Shown here in pieces: positions 37,708-52,266 of a DNA stretch of 64,000 nucleotides. The stretch is from positions 1 through 64,000 of the forward strand of contig CAUYUJ010000053.1 in the NCBI GenBank assembly GCA_963575745.1. Direction: 5' to 3'. The notes under the pieces were generated by a model. The model ran no database searches, had not been told where the DNA came from, and saw nothing but the letters and a program-made list of their open reading frames with translations. This DNA is from Prorocentrum cordatum. Its lineage: Eukaryota. Numbering within the stretch: the first letter of the stretch is position 1; every line of letters starts with the position of its first letter. Made by a program: the position numbers and the translations under genes.

Positions 37708-38366
37708 CACTACTGCTACTACTACTGCTACTACTACTGATACTACTGCTGCTCTACTACTATCACTACTACTGCTGCTACTACTACAACTACTACTACT
37801 ACTACTAATATTTTTGTAGACTACTACTAGTACTAGTACTAGTACTTCTACTGCTGCTGCTACAACTACTGCTACTACTACTCTCATTCGCATTCTTATA
37901 ACCACTACTACCACTACTACTATTGCTACTGCCACCCCTGCTGCTACAACTACTACTACCACTACCCCAATTACTACTATTATTACTACTACTACTACTG
38001 CCACTGCTACTACTACCACTACTACTAGTAGTCGTAGTAGTAGTATTGGTACTACTACTACTACTACTACTACTATTACTACTACTACTACTACACATAC
38101 TATTACGATTACTATTACTATTACTACTACGATTACTATTACTACTACTACTACTACTACTATTACTACTACTACTACAACTACTATCACTACTACTACA
38201 ACTACTACCGCGACTAATTCTGCTGTAATTCTTCTTCTACTACTCCTACTACCACTACTACTACGACTATGGTGGCTACTAGTATTACGACGACGACTAC
38301 TACTACTGCTACTACGACTATTATTTATACTACTACTACTAATACTACTACTCCCATTACTGCTAT

Positions 38367-38404
<38 letters not shown>

Positions 38405-38411
38405 ATAATAT

Positions 38412-38442
<31 letters not shown>

Positions 38443-38666
38443 TGTGCTACCACCGTTACTACTACCACTACTCCTACTAGTACCACCACTACTACAACAA
38501 CATCAACTACTACTACTATTCATAGTACCACTGCTGCTACGATTTCTAGTTCTACTAATACTACTAGTTGTACCACTGCTGCTGCTGCTACTACTCCTAC
38601 TACTACTTCTACTGCCATTACTACTAATATTACTACTATTACTACTACCACCAGTACTATTACTAT

Positions 38667-38699
<33 letters not shown>

Positions 38700-38700
38700 G

Positions 38701-38737
<37 letters not shown>

Positions 38738-38745
38738 TTACTACG

Positions 38746-38779
<34 letters not shown>

Positions 38780-38784
38780 GACGG

Positions 38785-38874
<90 letters not shown>

Positions 38875-38990
38875 GTACTACTACTGCGACTACTACTACT
38901 TCTACGACGACTACTACTACTACTACTACTACTACTATTTCTGCTACTACGACTACGACTACTGATGCTGACACTCGGACTGCTACTACA
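37255..38990. repeat. Degenerate (CTA)n microsatellite
   Basis: Direct inspection. Confidence 0.95.
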
Positions 38991-39401
38991 GCGTTCCTGG
39001 CACGCGCTGCCGTTCGACACACCCCGCACGCGTCCGTTGGCGCTGCTTATTGACACAGTGCGAACGGCGGGCTGGGGGGGGGCCTGAGGAATCGTAGGCA
39101 CCTGCGGCCGGCGTGGCTCGCGACATCGAAGGAAAAACGACTGCACTAACATTAGCGTTTGGAGCTCCGCGCGGATTCCTTGGATCTGCACCGAGCCCCC
39201 TTTGGCGGTGCCTCCGGCGCCGCCCCCGGCGCGCTCCGTGCGCCAGGGCGGAGGGGGGCCAGCGCAGATGAAAGAAATCCGCGCAGAGCTCCGAAAGTTC
39301 ATGTACATGAAATGTTTGGTTCTTCTACGACAGATGCGGCGGGTGACCTTGAGACCTGTGCATCGCATCTTTTCACACTGGGCGTGTTCACCTGGTTTCA
39401 G

Positions 39402-40930
39402 GCCCCTGTTGCCTGAGACATCCTCGCAGGTCGAGATGCAGTGGCCTGAGGTGGTCCGGCCCGTTTCGCCTGAGACACCCTCGCATGTCTGGGCTCAGAG
39501 GGAGGATACGGGCAGGGAGGAGAGGAGAGGAGGGAGGAGGAGAGAGGCGGGAGGGAGGGAGGAGAGAGAGAGGAGAGGAGAGGAGGGAGGAGGAGAGAGG
39601 CGGGAGGGGGAGAGATGAGAGGAGGGAGGAGAGGAGAGGAAGAGAGAGAGAAGAGAGGAGGGAGGCGGGGACGGGCCCAAGCGACGAATCTGAGCACGCT
39701 TGCAGTGTCGAAGTGTGCTACGGGAGCGGTGCACGCGGCCCTGGCAAGGGGGAGCAGGTGGGCAGCCGGAACCGAGGTGCGAGCAGTAGTTGTTAGTAAG
39801 GGATTCTCAGGCGGGAGCGCGATGCCTGAGTAATTTTGGAGGCGATCTCCAGTAAGGGGAGAAATGTGAGGGTGATGAGGAGAACCAGTAGGACGAGGAG
39901 TGGCGAGGATAACCAGGAGAAAGAACAGTGTCAGGAGGGGGAGGTGGAGGAGGAGGAGGCGAAAGTGGAGAGGGAAGAACAAGAAAGACGAGGAGGAACA
40001 ACCAGAGCAAAAGAGAGTAGATGGAGTAACGTAGTAGGAAAGGGCGTGTGAAGGGGGAAGGGCGAGAAAGAGGATGGCGACGAGGAGGAGGAGGAGAAGG
40101 AGGAGGAGGAGGACGACGACGACAACAATGATGACGACGAGGGTGCAGGCCGATCAGGGGCAGAAGGATGATAATTCGGAGGACGCGCGGGCAGCATCTC
40201 GAGAGCCGCCCCAGCTCCAGACACGCAGTGCTGGGGTACTAGGCTCCAGCTCTGAGGCTCTACCATGCTGCGTGCTTCTCGGCGTTGAGCGAGTGGGGGA
40301 GGTGAGAAGGAGAAGAAGGCCTTCTCAGAAGCTTCGGAAGCCCCCTGGCCTTCGGAGAAGTTTTTAAGCCGCCTTCCTCGAAGACGCCCAGAGCTTCTCA
40401 GAAGGCCGGCGGGCTTCTGAGAAGCCCCGCCGCCTTCTGAGACGGCCTTCTCCCTCACCGCATCGAGAAGGAGGATGAGGCGGAGGAGGAGGAGGAGGAG
40501 GAGGAGGAGGAGGAGGAGGAGGAGGAGGAGGAGCAATAGGAGGAGAAGGAGGAGCGCACGTAAATTAGGAGGAGGAGGAGGAAGAGGAGGAGGAGGAGGA
40601 GGAGGAGGAGGAGGAGGAGGAGGAGGAGGAGGAGGAGCTTCTCACTTCCACCCCTCGCTCGCCGCCGGCCTTCGTCACGACGTCGGACCTCCGGGGAGAC
40701 CGAGGACCGGCGGGCGGCGCTGCCCCCTTTCGACAGACACGTGGCCCCGGCGGGGCCCGGCACACGGTGGCGCCCGGGCGGCCGGGAGAGGAGCGCCGGC
40801 CGCCTCTCCCTGCCGTGGGCAGGACAAGGCGGGCAGGCGGCGGCGCAAGGGCAAGGCCACCTCCAGCCCTGTTGTGGCGGCGGCGGGCCTGGCAGTGAGC
40901 CTGGGGAGCGAGCACCTGCGGTGTAGCTGA
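39402..40930 (+). CDS. Candidate chain of four 3' exons (39402-39504, 39665-39757, 40149-40256, 40823-40930) encoding a low-complexity C-terminus ending ...GSEHLRCS*
   Basis: Unique-sequence islands between repeats, each with an AG|G acceptor and GA/GT/GC donors, joining in phase 0; no homology motif; parent gene unknown. Confidence 0.35.
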
Positions 40931-42252
40931 CGCATCACCTCTCGGTCCACAGCCCGTCCACACGCTCACACACACACCCTGTTGTCAACCCGCACAGGAA
41001 GGATGGGCAACCTTCCCAAAGGTGCCCTGCCGGGTATAGCCAGGGCCTCGACTATAGACTTAAGAGTGACCTTTCGCCGGAGTGACCTCTGTTGGGCCTG
41101 GCGAACGGGGGGGACAGGGAAAGGGGGGGTTACGAAATTTGCTGCATGCAGCTGGTTTCGGCCCCACCGAGGGGCCCAGTCCTCGATACATAGCCGCCTC
41201 CGGCGCCGGGAGGCGCCAGGAAAATCAGCTACGTGAGTAGATTCTCAACCCCCCCCTTTGCTATCCCCCCCTTTCGCCCGGCCCGACTTTGGTGCGGGCA
41301 CAATGGGGTTCCCCGATCGCCGAGCGCGATGCGACAGTAGCGCCTTGCGCGCCCGTGTTTGGCCCCCCCGCGGCCCCCCAGAGGCCGCGCACCAGAGGTC
41401 ACTCTTACCCGGGGTCACTCTTGCGTGCAGCCGAGGACCCCAGGCAAGGGGACAATAGAGCCCTGCAGCCCCCAAATGGGTCAGAATCACTGAACCAGGT
41501 CTGCCGTAGCTGGTGTTTTCCGGGTGACGGTAATTCCGGCTAGTGGAATGGGACGGGGGGGGGGCGTCCCTGGTACAGATCACTAAACCAGGTCCCGCGA
41601 AACCCAGTTCTGCCAACGCCCGACCCTTGCATCCTTGCCCCCTCGGTCCATCCTTGCCGACTTTCGCTGGCCAACCTCGTTCGAAGAACATTCACATGGG
41701 CCTCCAGGGCCCTTACATCCTTACGGCGCATCCTCATGATACGGGTCGGCTGTATGCGCGGCTCCACGGAGGGGGCACTAGAGGCTGGGGACTTGGCCGC
41801 CAGCCGCATTAGGCATCTCGTTTCTCGGGGCTCAGGGGGCGGGGGTCCATGCAAGCGGGCGTCAGCCAGAGCGCCAGATCTTGCAGGATCCCTGCAGAGC
41901 CAGGGCTGCACTGACCCGGGCTTGCGCGCAGGATCCTGCAGGATTTTGCAGGATCCTGTAGGGCCCGACTGACCTGGGCTTGAATTGACCCGGGTCGTCA
42001 GTAGATCCCCGAGCTTCTTTCTCCCGCCCTCAGTTTCAACGAGAAGGGGGGGATAGGCATAGGGGGGGATGCATCAATCCCCAATCGCCCAGTGATCGCC
42101 GACAGGGGCCCGATGATCCCCAGCCTGACCAGGAACGAGAGGATTCGCTATCGGGGGCCCCGCCGATCTATCGGCGATGTATCGCCGACTCCAGGTCGAC
42201 GTTTCCCCCCCCCCCCCCCCCCCTGTGATTATCCCCTCCCATCGTTGCCCCT

Positions 42253-42433
42253 TACAGTCGGGGCGCTGAAGAAGGATCACTTTTCGTTCGGGAGGGGCTC
42301 CGTGTTCTGTAGTTGCTTTACAGTGCTCCTTGGGTTTTCCTGAGGTTTTCCACGGAACATCGGAGTTTAACTTATGGGAAAAAAGGGGCCTCGTTCCTTA
42401 TTTGGGATTCCTTGGGTCAACGCCCCGACTGTA
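42253..42433. mobile_element. MITE-like family C (TIR TACAGTCGGGG); second copy 7381-7547, partial about 21310-21480
   Basis: TACAGTCGGGGCG...CGCCCCGACTGTA; shared interior GGGGCTCCGTGTT and GGGAAAAAGGGGCCTCGTTCCTT. Confidence 0.75.
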
Positions 42434-45418
42434 CTCCCTCCCTCTGGTCTCCGTCCTGCTCCTCGTCTTGCTGCCCCTCCGTGGCGGGTGCCCCCCTCAG
42501 CGGGGAGGCTGGCAGTTGTCAGCATCCGCGCGCTGGCTTCACGGGAGAAGAAAACTTTGAGGCTGGGGGGGTGGCGGCTGCAACGCGGATAGCCCAGGGT
42601 TCGTTTCTAATTATTCGAGAGTTCTTTGATTTTTTGGGGGCCGAGATCCTTTCGTTTCTAACTGTTCTGCCCTGGGCCTCTTCCTGGCCACCAGGGGGCC
42701 AGGAAGAGCCAGAAACGAGCACACTTAGAAATGGGCACGATTAGAAATGAACGACGTTTAGTTTTTTTTTTTTGTCCGAAGTCGGAAACTGGAACATGTA
42801 CATTACCAGTGGCGGGCTGTCTCTCAACCCCACGACTTTTCGAGGGACGGGGACGACGTTGGGGTGGTGTGGTGTTCACTTTGTTCCCCGATGGCCCGGG
42901 GAAACAGCGAAACGTGTATACACCAGGATCCCGTACACACCGGGATCCGATCTCCAGTGCAAATTTCAATGCAAGGCCGGGAAAACGCGTCGGTGTATAG
43001 CTCAGGAGCCTTGAGACGGGGGTCAATGCAAACGGGGGTCAGCCAGGGCGCCAGATCCTGCAGGATCCTGCGAAGACCCCCTCTGGCTGACCCGGGTTAG
43101 CGAGCCGCTCGAGGCCGCGAGGCGGCCGCGCATATTAGCTGACCCAGGTTCGCGAAGATCTGCGTTGCAGTTTTTTTTTTTTCCTGCATTGCAGTTTTTG
43201 GCTTCCTGCTGACCCGGGTTTGGATTGACCCAGGTCAGAAGATCCCCGAATAGCGTTTGGCTCCCTGCGAAGTGCTCCGCCGCCCCAGGGTCCCCTCCGG
43301 GCGCCCCGGCGGCCGCGGGGCCGTCGGGGCACGGCCCCGGCACGGAGAGCCGGTTCCGGGGACAGCCTCGGGGGGCTGGGGCTAGGGGGCCAGGGCCAGG
43401 GGGCCACGTGCGAACCCCACCCCTACCCTCCTCGATTTCTGAGGGGGAGGGTGGGGTTCACTTCGTGCTCTCCCTCTCAGAAATCGAGGAGGGTAGGGGT
43501 AGGGTTCGCACGTGGCCCCCTAGGGGCCCATCTGCCTCGCGCCAACCAGGGGGGTCGAGCAGTGGCGAAGCGTCCTGGCGTGCCTAGAGGCCTACCGAGC
43601 ACTGTTCCAAGAACCGCTCGTGGTCTCCACGAGGTGTTCTCAGGAATAGTTCTGGCTGGGGCTGTCTCGTTTTACCACATCGGGTTTATGTTCTAAGAAC
43701 ATCGTTTTTGTTCTTGGGGCTTTTTTGGGTTCTAAGAACATTTCATGGTATGGCTAGAGAAATACAGGGACGGTCGGTCCCTGCCCAAGCTACCGGTGCT
43801 CCTGGCCCAGTGGTGCCCTCAGCTTTGCGCTCCACTCTTGGAGCCATGCCCAAGCTACCGGTGCTCCTGGCCCAGTGGTGCCCTCAGCTTTGCGCTCCAC
43901 TCTTGGAGCCCCTGGGTCCCCCGGGGCCTCGTGAGGGGGCACTCTGGAGGCCGTGGGGGCCTGGGAGATCCTGGGATCACCTCTGGCCAGGGGCACTTCC
44001 AGCAACACTCGGGAGAGAAACAAACACAGACACAATTAATCGTCGATTCCCAGGACAATATGGGAAAATATGGGAAGTGGGGGGGAAGACAAAAACCGAG
44101 AAAATATATGAAAATATTGGGAATCTGGTTTTTGTGTGTATTTACTTGTGTGTCCCAGGGCCCCTTCAAACACCCGAGCCAGGGGGCCAGGGGGGGGGGA
44201 CTACATGTCTCTTGGGGCTCCCCTGGCGCTTCCATCGCCTCGCTGTTGGACCAGGTGCTGCTTCGGTGCAACGAGCTGGCCCCCGTAACGAACTGGGCTG
44301 GAATGTGTTCGGTGTGCTTGTTTGAACGGAAGCAGCATTGTCCGGAGGAGGAGGGAGGGAGGGAGGGAGGGAGGGAGGGATGGAGGGAAGGAGGGAGGGA
44401 GGGAGGGAGGGAGGGATGGAGGGAGGGAGGGAGGGAGGGAGGGAGGGAGGAGGAGGAGGAGGAGGAGGAGGAGGATTGGGAGCGGGCAGGGGTGCCAGGA
44501 GTGTGGCTCCTGCAGCTTGGGGGCGGAAAGGGGCTCCCCGCCTCGACCCCCCTGGATCCCCCTCCTCCTCCCGCTTTCCTGCGCTTTCTTCTTCTCTTCT
44601 CCTGCGCTGGGACGAAGAGAATTGAGCTTTGGGTGCCTTGAGAGGCCTTTCCAGCCGTACCTCTGGCGTTGGGATTTGTTCGATCCCCGCGTTCTCCTTG
44701 ATTTCGGCCTTCCGGGGCCGATTCGTGCCCGAGGACCATCAGCAACAAAGAACCGGGACAAAAAGCAGCCCCGTGGGAAAGGGTCGAAAACTCCAGGTCA
44801 GGGAGACGAGTATCGGGTTGTGAGGATGGGGTTGGGAGATATGAGGATATCTTTACCCGTAGGCGGCCGAAGGTATCGTTGATTGCATCGGGATGTCATT
44901 GTTCATGCCCTTCATCCTCCCAACCCCTTCCTCCCAACACGGTAATTGTTCTCCTCGCCAGTGGATAAGAAGGAAGGGGAGGACGAGCAACAGCACCAAA
45001 CACAGCAGCGGCAGTGACAGCGACAGCGACGGCGGCAGGCGGAATGCATCGGGCTGGACTGGAGTGCCCGTGTTACGTTGCATCTTCGGGGGACTTCGCC
45101 TGTTCCAAGCATTGGTGTCTTTTCTTGTGTCCGACGCGGGCTCGATGTGGACTCGACGCGGATCTGGCGTGGGTCCGACGCGGATTCGACGTGGATTCGA
45201 CGCGTATTTGACGAGCCCGATATTCATTCGACACGGATTCGACGCGGATAGGGGCGCGACGGGATAGACAAGGTCCCCCCGAACACAACATAACCCGTGT
45301 CGAAGGCTGTGTTCTCGGTCCTTGTCCGCTGCTTCTCGGCTCGGAGGTCGCCTCGGATGGCGGCGACCCGAGTGCGCCGCGACACAAACGGCAGCAGGTG
45401 CGGTGGGAGAGGCAACCC

Positions 45419-46396
45419 ATGAGCACATTCGGAGCCGAGGCCCACAAGAGCCTCGCGGCTTTGGTTGCGCCCGCGGTGCCAGCCACCTCCGCGCCGAGCG
45501 CGCAGCCGAGCGCGAGGGATGTCGCGGAGAGGCTGTGCGACCTGTTCCTGTGCTTCCCCTGTGCAGTGTGGGAGGGTGTGCAGTGGCGGGTGCTGGTTCG
45601 AAAGTACGAGGAGCGGTACTCCACGAGGCTGGACGTCGCCGCGCTGGGGCACTCCACGCCAGTCGCAGCGGCCACCGTGCTGCTCTGGAACGTCCTCGGG
45701 TCGGTGGACTCCGACGACGAAGCCAACCCGCTGCTGCGCATCGACGACGCCGTCGCCCTCATTCCCAAGCCTGGCAGGCTGGGGTGTTGGCCTTCCCTGT
45801 ACCACGCCCTGCACGAGATAGCGCGGCGGCACGGAGAGAAGGGGCTGCTCCTCTCACGGCTGAAGCCGCTGCTCCTCCGCTACTGGCACGCGGGCTTCGA
45901 CGAGAGCGGCCACGGCTTCATGAGCAGCGACGGGTCGACCTCGAAGTCCAGGAAGATGAAGCACCTCGTCCAGGACGTGCGCAGGTGGCGCAACGAGCGC
46001 CTGGCCTGGCGGGAGGCCCGCGGCCTGAGGCCGACGCCGGTGGACGAGGCGCTGGCGCCGTGCCTGGAGCTGAGCCCCTCCGACAGCCACAACGACCTGG
46101 TGCTCCGCTGCACGCCGCGCCGCCTCCCCGCGCTCGAGGCCGTGCACGGGGCCCCGGGGCGCGCGGGGGGCTGCGCGGGGGCCGCCCTCGACGACCCCTT
46201 CGACGACCCCTTCGAGCCGCCCCCGGAGGCCGGGCCCTGGAGGGCGCGGCGCGGCTCGGCGCGGCAGGGCGCCTGCCCCAGCACGGCGGGCCTCAGCACC
46301 TCCGCGGGCAGCGAGTTCGGCGCGGCCTCGGCCTCGGCGTCGGCCTCGTGCTGCGCCACGCCCCGGCTGGCGAGCGGGGCGGCCACGCCGGCGCAG
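45419..46396 (+). CDS. Exon 1 (326 aa) of a probable tandem LOTUS/OST-HTH-like domain protein
   Basis: ATG 45419, strong GC3 bias; two segments resembling LOTUS winged helices (VQWRVLVRKYEERYSTRLDVAALGH; GLLLSRLKPLLLRYWHAGFDESGHGF...KMKHLV); CAG|GC donor. The domain call is pattern recognition only. Confidence 0.8.
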
Positions 46397-46594
46397 GCGC
46401 AGGGCGACGGGATTCATGCACAGGCATGTGGTGTGTTCGTATGCGCACACGGACACCTAGCGATCACATAGTCGTTTCTTATATAGATATGTGCTGTATG
46501 TATGTATGTATGTATGTATGTATGTATGTATGTATGTATGTATGGATGGATGGATGGATGGATGGATGGATGGATGGATGGATGGATGGATGTA

Positions 46595-46631
<37 letters not shown>

Positions 46632-47166
46632 GTATGTATGTATGTATGTACGTACGTACGTATGTATGTATGCCTGCATGCATGCATGTATGCATGTATG
46701 TGTGCATGCATGCATGTATATGCATGTACATGTATGTATGTATGTATGTATGTAGGTATGTATGTTTGTATGCATGTATGCATGTATGCAGGTATGTCTG
46801 TATACATGTATGCAGGTGTGTATGTATGTATGAATGTATGTATGTATGTATGTATGCATGCATGTATGTATGTATGTATGTATGTATGTATGCGTGTATA
46901 TCTGTATGTATGTATGTATGTATGTATGTATGTATGGATGTAGGTATGTATGTATGTATATATAGGTGTATGTGTGTATGCATGTATGTATGCATGCATA
47001 TACATATATATATATATATATGTGTGTATGCATGCATGTATGCATGCATGTATGCATGCATGTATGCATGTATGTATGCATGTATGCATGTATGCATGTA
47101 TGCATGCACGCATACATGTATACATGTATGTTTGTATGCATGCATGCATGCACGCATGCATGCATG

Positions 47167-47200
<34 letters not shown>

Positions 47201-47391
47201 TGTATGTATGTATGTATGTATGTGTGTACGTTTGTATGTATGTATGTATGTATGTATGTATGTATGTATGCAGGTATGTATGCATGCATGCATGCATGTA
47301 TGTATGTATGTATATATGTATGTATGTATGTATGTATGCATGTTTTGTATGTGTGCATGCATGTATGTATGGCTGTAGGTCTGTCAATGTG

Positions 47392-49117
47392 TATACGGGG
47401 GGATGAACCGATAGCACAAAAAAACATTCAGAGCAGATAGCACCGCATGGCCCTCAAGACCCTTAACCGCGCGAATTCAGATAGCACTCGTGTCCTCTCT
47501 GAGGGCAGACCATAGGGAGAACGCGGAGGGGACAAACAGATAGCACACGCCCGAAAGGAGGTTGGACGGGGTGGCGGCGGCTCCGCGGCTGCGAGGATGT
47601 CCCGAGCGGCGGTGCCGCGGTTGTGAGGGTGTCTCGAGCGACGGCGCCGCGGTTGCGAGGATGCTCCGAGCGGCGGCGCTGCGGTTGTGAGGTCTCGGGC
47701 GGCGGCGCCGCGGACGTGCGGATGTCTCGAGCGGCGGCGCCGCGTATGCGAGGATGCCCCGAGCGGCGGCGCCGCGGTTTGAGGGTGTCCCGAGCGGCGA
47801 CTCCGCGGTTGCGAGGATGTCCCGAGCGGCGGCTCCATCCCGCCCCCCCGCCGTGCCTCCTCTTGGGCGTGTGCTATCTGTCTGGCGCAGGGTCTGAGGG
47901 AGACAATGATGCGATTAAGTCCTAGTGAGTTGCGGCGGCGGCCCCGCGGTTGCGAGGATGTCTCGAGCGGCGGCACCGCGGCTGCGAGGATGTCCCGAGC
48001 GCCGGTGCCGCGGTTGTGAGGTCTCGGGCGGCGGCGCCGCGGACGTGAGGGTGTCTCGAGCGGCGGCGCCATCCCGCCCCCCCCCGCCCTGCTCCGAGCG
48101 ATTTCGCGATGCCCCGAGGGGAAAGGGTGCACCAGGCAAATAGCACACTGCCCCGAGGGGGGGACGCCCTCGCTCCTCCTCCTCGTCGTCGACGTCGTCG
48201 TCCTCCTCCTCCTCCTCCTCCTCATCGCTCCTCCTCCTCCTCCTCCTTTTCTTGTTGCTCCTCGTGCTGCCCCCCCTCCTCCTCCTCATCGCTCCTCCTC
48301 CTTCTCCTCCTCCTCCTCCTCCTCCTCGTCCTCCTTTTCCTGTTGCTCCTCGTGTTGCCCCCCCTCCTCACTCGACGCGGGGCAGGAGCCGCCCACAATG
48401 TTTTTTCATGAGGATGGTATCCCCCCTCGTGCTCCTCGTCCTCCTGCTTCTCGCGTGCTCCTCGTGATCCTCCTCCTCTTCCTCATCCTAGTCCTCTTTT
48501 TCCTCCTCCTCCTCCTCCGCCTCCTCCTCGGCTCCAAACAAAGATAGAGACCCACGAAACAGCAGCACGTCTGTAAGAGGGAGAGGGGGGCAGCATCCGA
48601 ACGTGGGCCAGAGAGCCCAAAAGCGTTTTTCAGGGCGTCACTCACTGAGCTCACTAAGGCCCCAGGGGTCGCCCCCGGGATGCAGAATACGCTTCAAGAG
48701 GCCCCCGGGGCCGCCAAGACGCTCCCAAGATGTCCCAAATGGCCTACGTCAACAAAACTATCAAGAGACATCCGAAAAGACTCCGAGAAGCATCCAAGAG
48801 GCCTGCATACGTACGCATCCAATGACTACGCGGACGCTGGCCGTGCACGGGGCGCGGGGCGAAAGCCAACATGGCCCTCATGACTGCCCGAGAGGTTCCA
48901 AAAACGGCCCAAGAGGGTTCCGAGACGACCCCCTTCCCACGGGCGCACCAGGCAGATAGCGCACGCCCCGACTGGGGGGAAACATTCTAAGACGCGCTGA
49001 AGGGGGCCAGACAGATAACACACCGAACGGGGGTTGTTTCCCCACGCGCGCGGGCCAGGCAGCTGGCACACGCAACGGACGACTTTTACAAGTGCTATTT
49101 GAACGTCCCCCCGTATA
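47392..49117. mobile_element. Non-autonomous TIR element (about 1.7 kb) inserted in a TATG microsatellite
   Basis: TATACGGGGGGATGAACCGATAGCAC versus GTGCTATTTGAACGTCCCCCCGTATA; repeated internal ATAGCAC motifs; internal about 30-bp tandem repeat 47575-48070. Confidence 0.65.
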
Positions 49118-49908
49118 TGTATGCATGTATGCGTGCATGTATGCATGCATGTATGTACGTATGTATGTAGGTAGGTAGGTATTTTGGCGCGCCATTTGTT
49201 CTGACGCGCGGCCTTCCGTCTTCGAGAGGGCGCCTCGACCACCAGCGCAAACGCCGTCCCGGACGCAATGTTTGCCGTGGGTGTGCCGCGGTCACGGCTT
49301 CGTGTACTTGGACGCGTTTGAAACAAACGTCGCAGCGACAGACAGACATTCGTCGATATACAGTTTATGATACCGGAGAAAAGCCCCACTCATAGTCTTT
49401 TTAGGGCTGTAGGGCTATAGGGTTATAGGGTTATACAGGCTATAGGGCTATATGGGCTATTGGGCTATAGGGCTATAGGGCAATAGTGCTACAGGGCTAT
49501 AGGGCTGTAGGAGGGCTATTGGGCTATAGGGCTATACGGCTATATGGCTATGTGGCTATAGGGCTATAGGGCGATGGAGCACCAGGGCAGCCGGGCACCC
49601 GGGCACCCCTGGGCACCTCTGGGCACCCCAGGGCACCTCCGGGCACCCCTGGGCAACTCCAGGCACCTGCGGGCATTTGCGGGCACCTCCTGGCACCCCA
49701 CCCGGGCACCCGGGCACCCGGGCACCCATGGGCACCCAGGCACCCGGGCGTGCGGCGAAAATCGGCGGCAAACCTAATCTTACCATATGAATCCGCTAGG
49801 ACCCCTACAGAGGCAAGCTCTGATTTGGGAATATATATATGTGTGTATATGTATATATAAGCATTGACATAACATGTGTGTATGTCTGTCTGTCTGTCTG
49901 TCCCTCTC

Positions 49909-49945
<37 letters not shown>

Positions 49946-50581
49946 ATGCATGCATGCATGCATGCATGTATGAATGATTGTATGCATGCATGCATGCATG
50001 CATGCATGCATGCATGCATGCATGCATGTATGTATGTATGTACGTATGTATGCATGTATGTATGTATGTATGTATGTATGTATGTATATATGTATGTATG
50101 TATGTATGTATGAATGTAATGTCTGTAATGTATGTATGTATGTATGTATGTATGTATGTATGTATGTATGTATGTATGTATGTATGTATGTATGTATTAT
50201 GTATGTATGCATGTATGTATATATGCATATATGTATGTATGTTTGTATGTATGCATGTATGCATGTATGCATGTATGTATGTATGTCTGTATGTATGTAT
50301 GTCTATATGTCTGTCTGTCTGTCTGTCTGTCTGTATGTATGTATGCATGTATGCATGCATGCATGTATGTATGTATGTATGTATGTATGTATGTATGTAG
50401 GTTTGTATGTAGGTTTGTATGTATGCATGCATGCATGCATGCATGTATGTATGTATGTATGCATGCATGTATGTATGTATGTATGTATGTATGTATGTAT
50501 GTATCTATGCATGTATGTATGCATGTATGTATGTATGTATGTATGTATGTATGTATGTATGTATGTATGTGTGTTTGTATG

Positions 50582-51789
50582 TAATGCAGGGAAGCGATTT
50601 AAACAACCGCCTCCCCCCCGGACCCCCCAAAATGATTGAGTGGGGCGGACTAATAGAATTCAGCCGCCGGAAACTGTTTTTTAAATCGTCCGCCCCCCGT
50701 CGTTTGCTTTTGCCCCTTTGGGGGGACATATTTTCTATTCGTTCTCCTTCGCTCGCTTGATCACCCGCGGCCGCGGGGGAGGATTGCGGAGGGGGGACGG
50801 GGTAATTAGGGAAGGGGTTTTCGAAGAGGCGCTTGATCACCCTCGTCCTTGCGGACGGCCGCCGGTCGTCCTTGCGGACGGCCGCGGCGATTGGGAGGTG
50901 GGGGATGAGGAGGAGGAGGAGGAGGAGGAGGAGGAGGAGGAGGAGGAGGAGGAGGAGGGGGAGGAGGGGGGAGGACAAACTAGGTGCGCTCGCGTCATAT
51001 ATGACAGCCTACCCCTCCCTCCCATCCCTTACCATGGCGTAGATCCCCTCTCTACTCGCACAGTTGGATGTCGAGCAGGGCAATGATCCCGAAAGGGTAC
51101 GCGATGCAGTGTAGAGCACGGCATGGCAGGGCGTTGAAAGAGCACCGCAAAGCGTAGTATGTCACAGCATGGCGTGGCGTGGCGTAGTGCAGAATTGCAT
51201 CACAAATCTTTGCAACGCAAAGCATGGCATCGCACAGCGGCCCCGAACATGACATTGCATAGCATGGCGTTCAATATCAAAACGTAGCATGGCAGAGCAC
51301 GACGTGGCACGACGTGGCACGTCGCGAGACAGCGAGAGGGTCGCCCTCGTCCTTGCTGACGGGGGGGAGGGGGAGGACGAACAGGAGGAGAACGAGGAGG
51401 AAGCGGAGAAAAAGGAGGAGGAGGAGGACGAGGAGGAGAAGGACGAGGAGGAGGAGGAGGAGGAGGAGGAGGAGGACGAGGGAGGAGGAGGAGGAAGAGG
51501 AGGAGGAGGAAGGAGGAGGAGAGAGGAGGAGGACGAGGAGGAGGCGGAGGAGGAGGAGGAGGAAGGAGGACGAGCTCGCCCTGAAAAATCACCCCGTCCA
51601 CCCCCCCGGCCCCCGCGCCCTGGATCGCCACCCCGTGCCCCCCCCCCCCTGGCCTTCCAGGCGACCCGGACTTGTCAGCCCCCCGTCTGCCTGCACTGCC
51701 CCCCCGCTATTGCGGGGGCGAGGAGGCCCGCGAAGCAATTTTTTTAATCGTCCGCCACAAAAAGTTGTTTAAATCGTTGCCTTTCATTA
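50582..51789. mobile_element. Non-autonomous TIR element (about 1.2 kb) inserted in a TATG microsatellite
   Basis: TAATGCAGGGAAGCGATTTAAACAAC versus GTTGTTTAAATCGTTGCCTTTCATTA (22/26 inverted match); TATG arrays on both sides. Confidence 0.65.
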
Positions 51790-52266
51790 TGTCTGTTTGT
51801 ATGTCTGTCTGTCTGTATGTATGTATGCACGTCTGTATGCATGTACGTATGTATGTAAGAGTGTATGTATGTAAATAGGTTTGCATGTACGTACATACGT
51901 ACGTACGTGGGTGCGTATGTATGTGTATATGTACGTATGTGTGTATGTATATATGTATGCATGCATGCAAGTTTGTATGCGTGTATGTATGTATGTTTGT
52001 ATGCATGCATGTATGTATGTATGTATGTATGTATGTATGCATGCATGCATGCATGCATGCATGTATGTATGCATGCATGCATGCATGCATGCATGCATGC
52101 ATGTATGCATGCATGCATGTATGTATGTGTGTATGTATAGGTGTATGCATGTACATGTATGTATATGTATGTCTGTATGTCTGTATGCATGTATGTATGT
52201 ATGTATGTATGTATGTATGTATGTATGTATGTATGTATGTATGTATGTATGTATGTATGTATTTAC

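Noticed and set aside
40635..40670. HFHP resembling the MAPK C-terminal FHP motif
   Set aside because: It is the reverse complement of a dispersed repeat end (GGCGAGC..GGGGGAAGTGAGAAG) also seen at about 5760, 15550 and 20920.
44250..44900. Exon-like islands near 44254-44311 and 44640-44900
   Set aside because: Strand and frame are ambiguous, and there is no motif or consistent splice chain.
45854..46456. Minus-strand ORFs overlapping the LOTUS-like gene
   Set aside because: Antisense shadows caused by high GC3 on the + frame.
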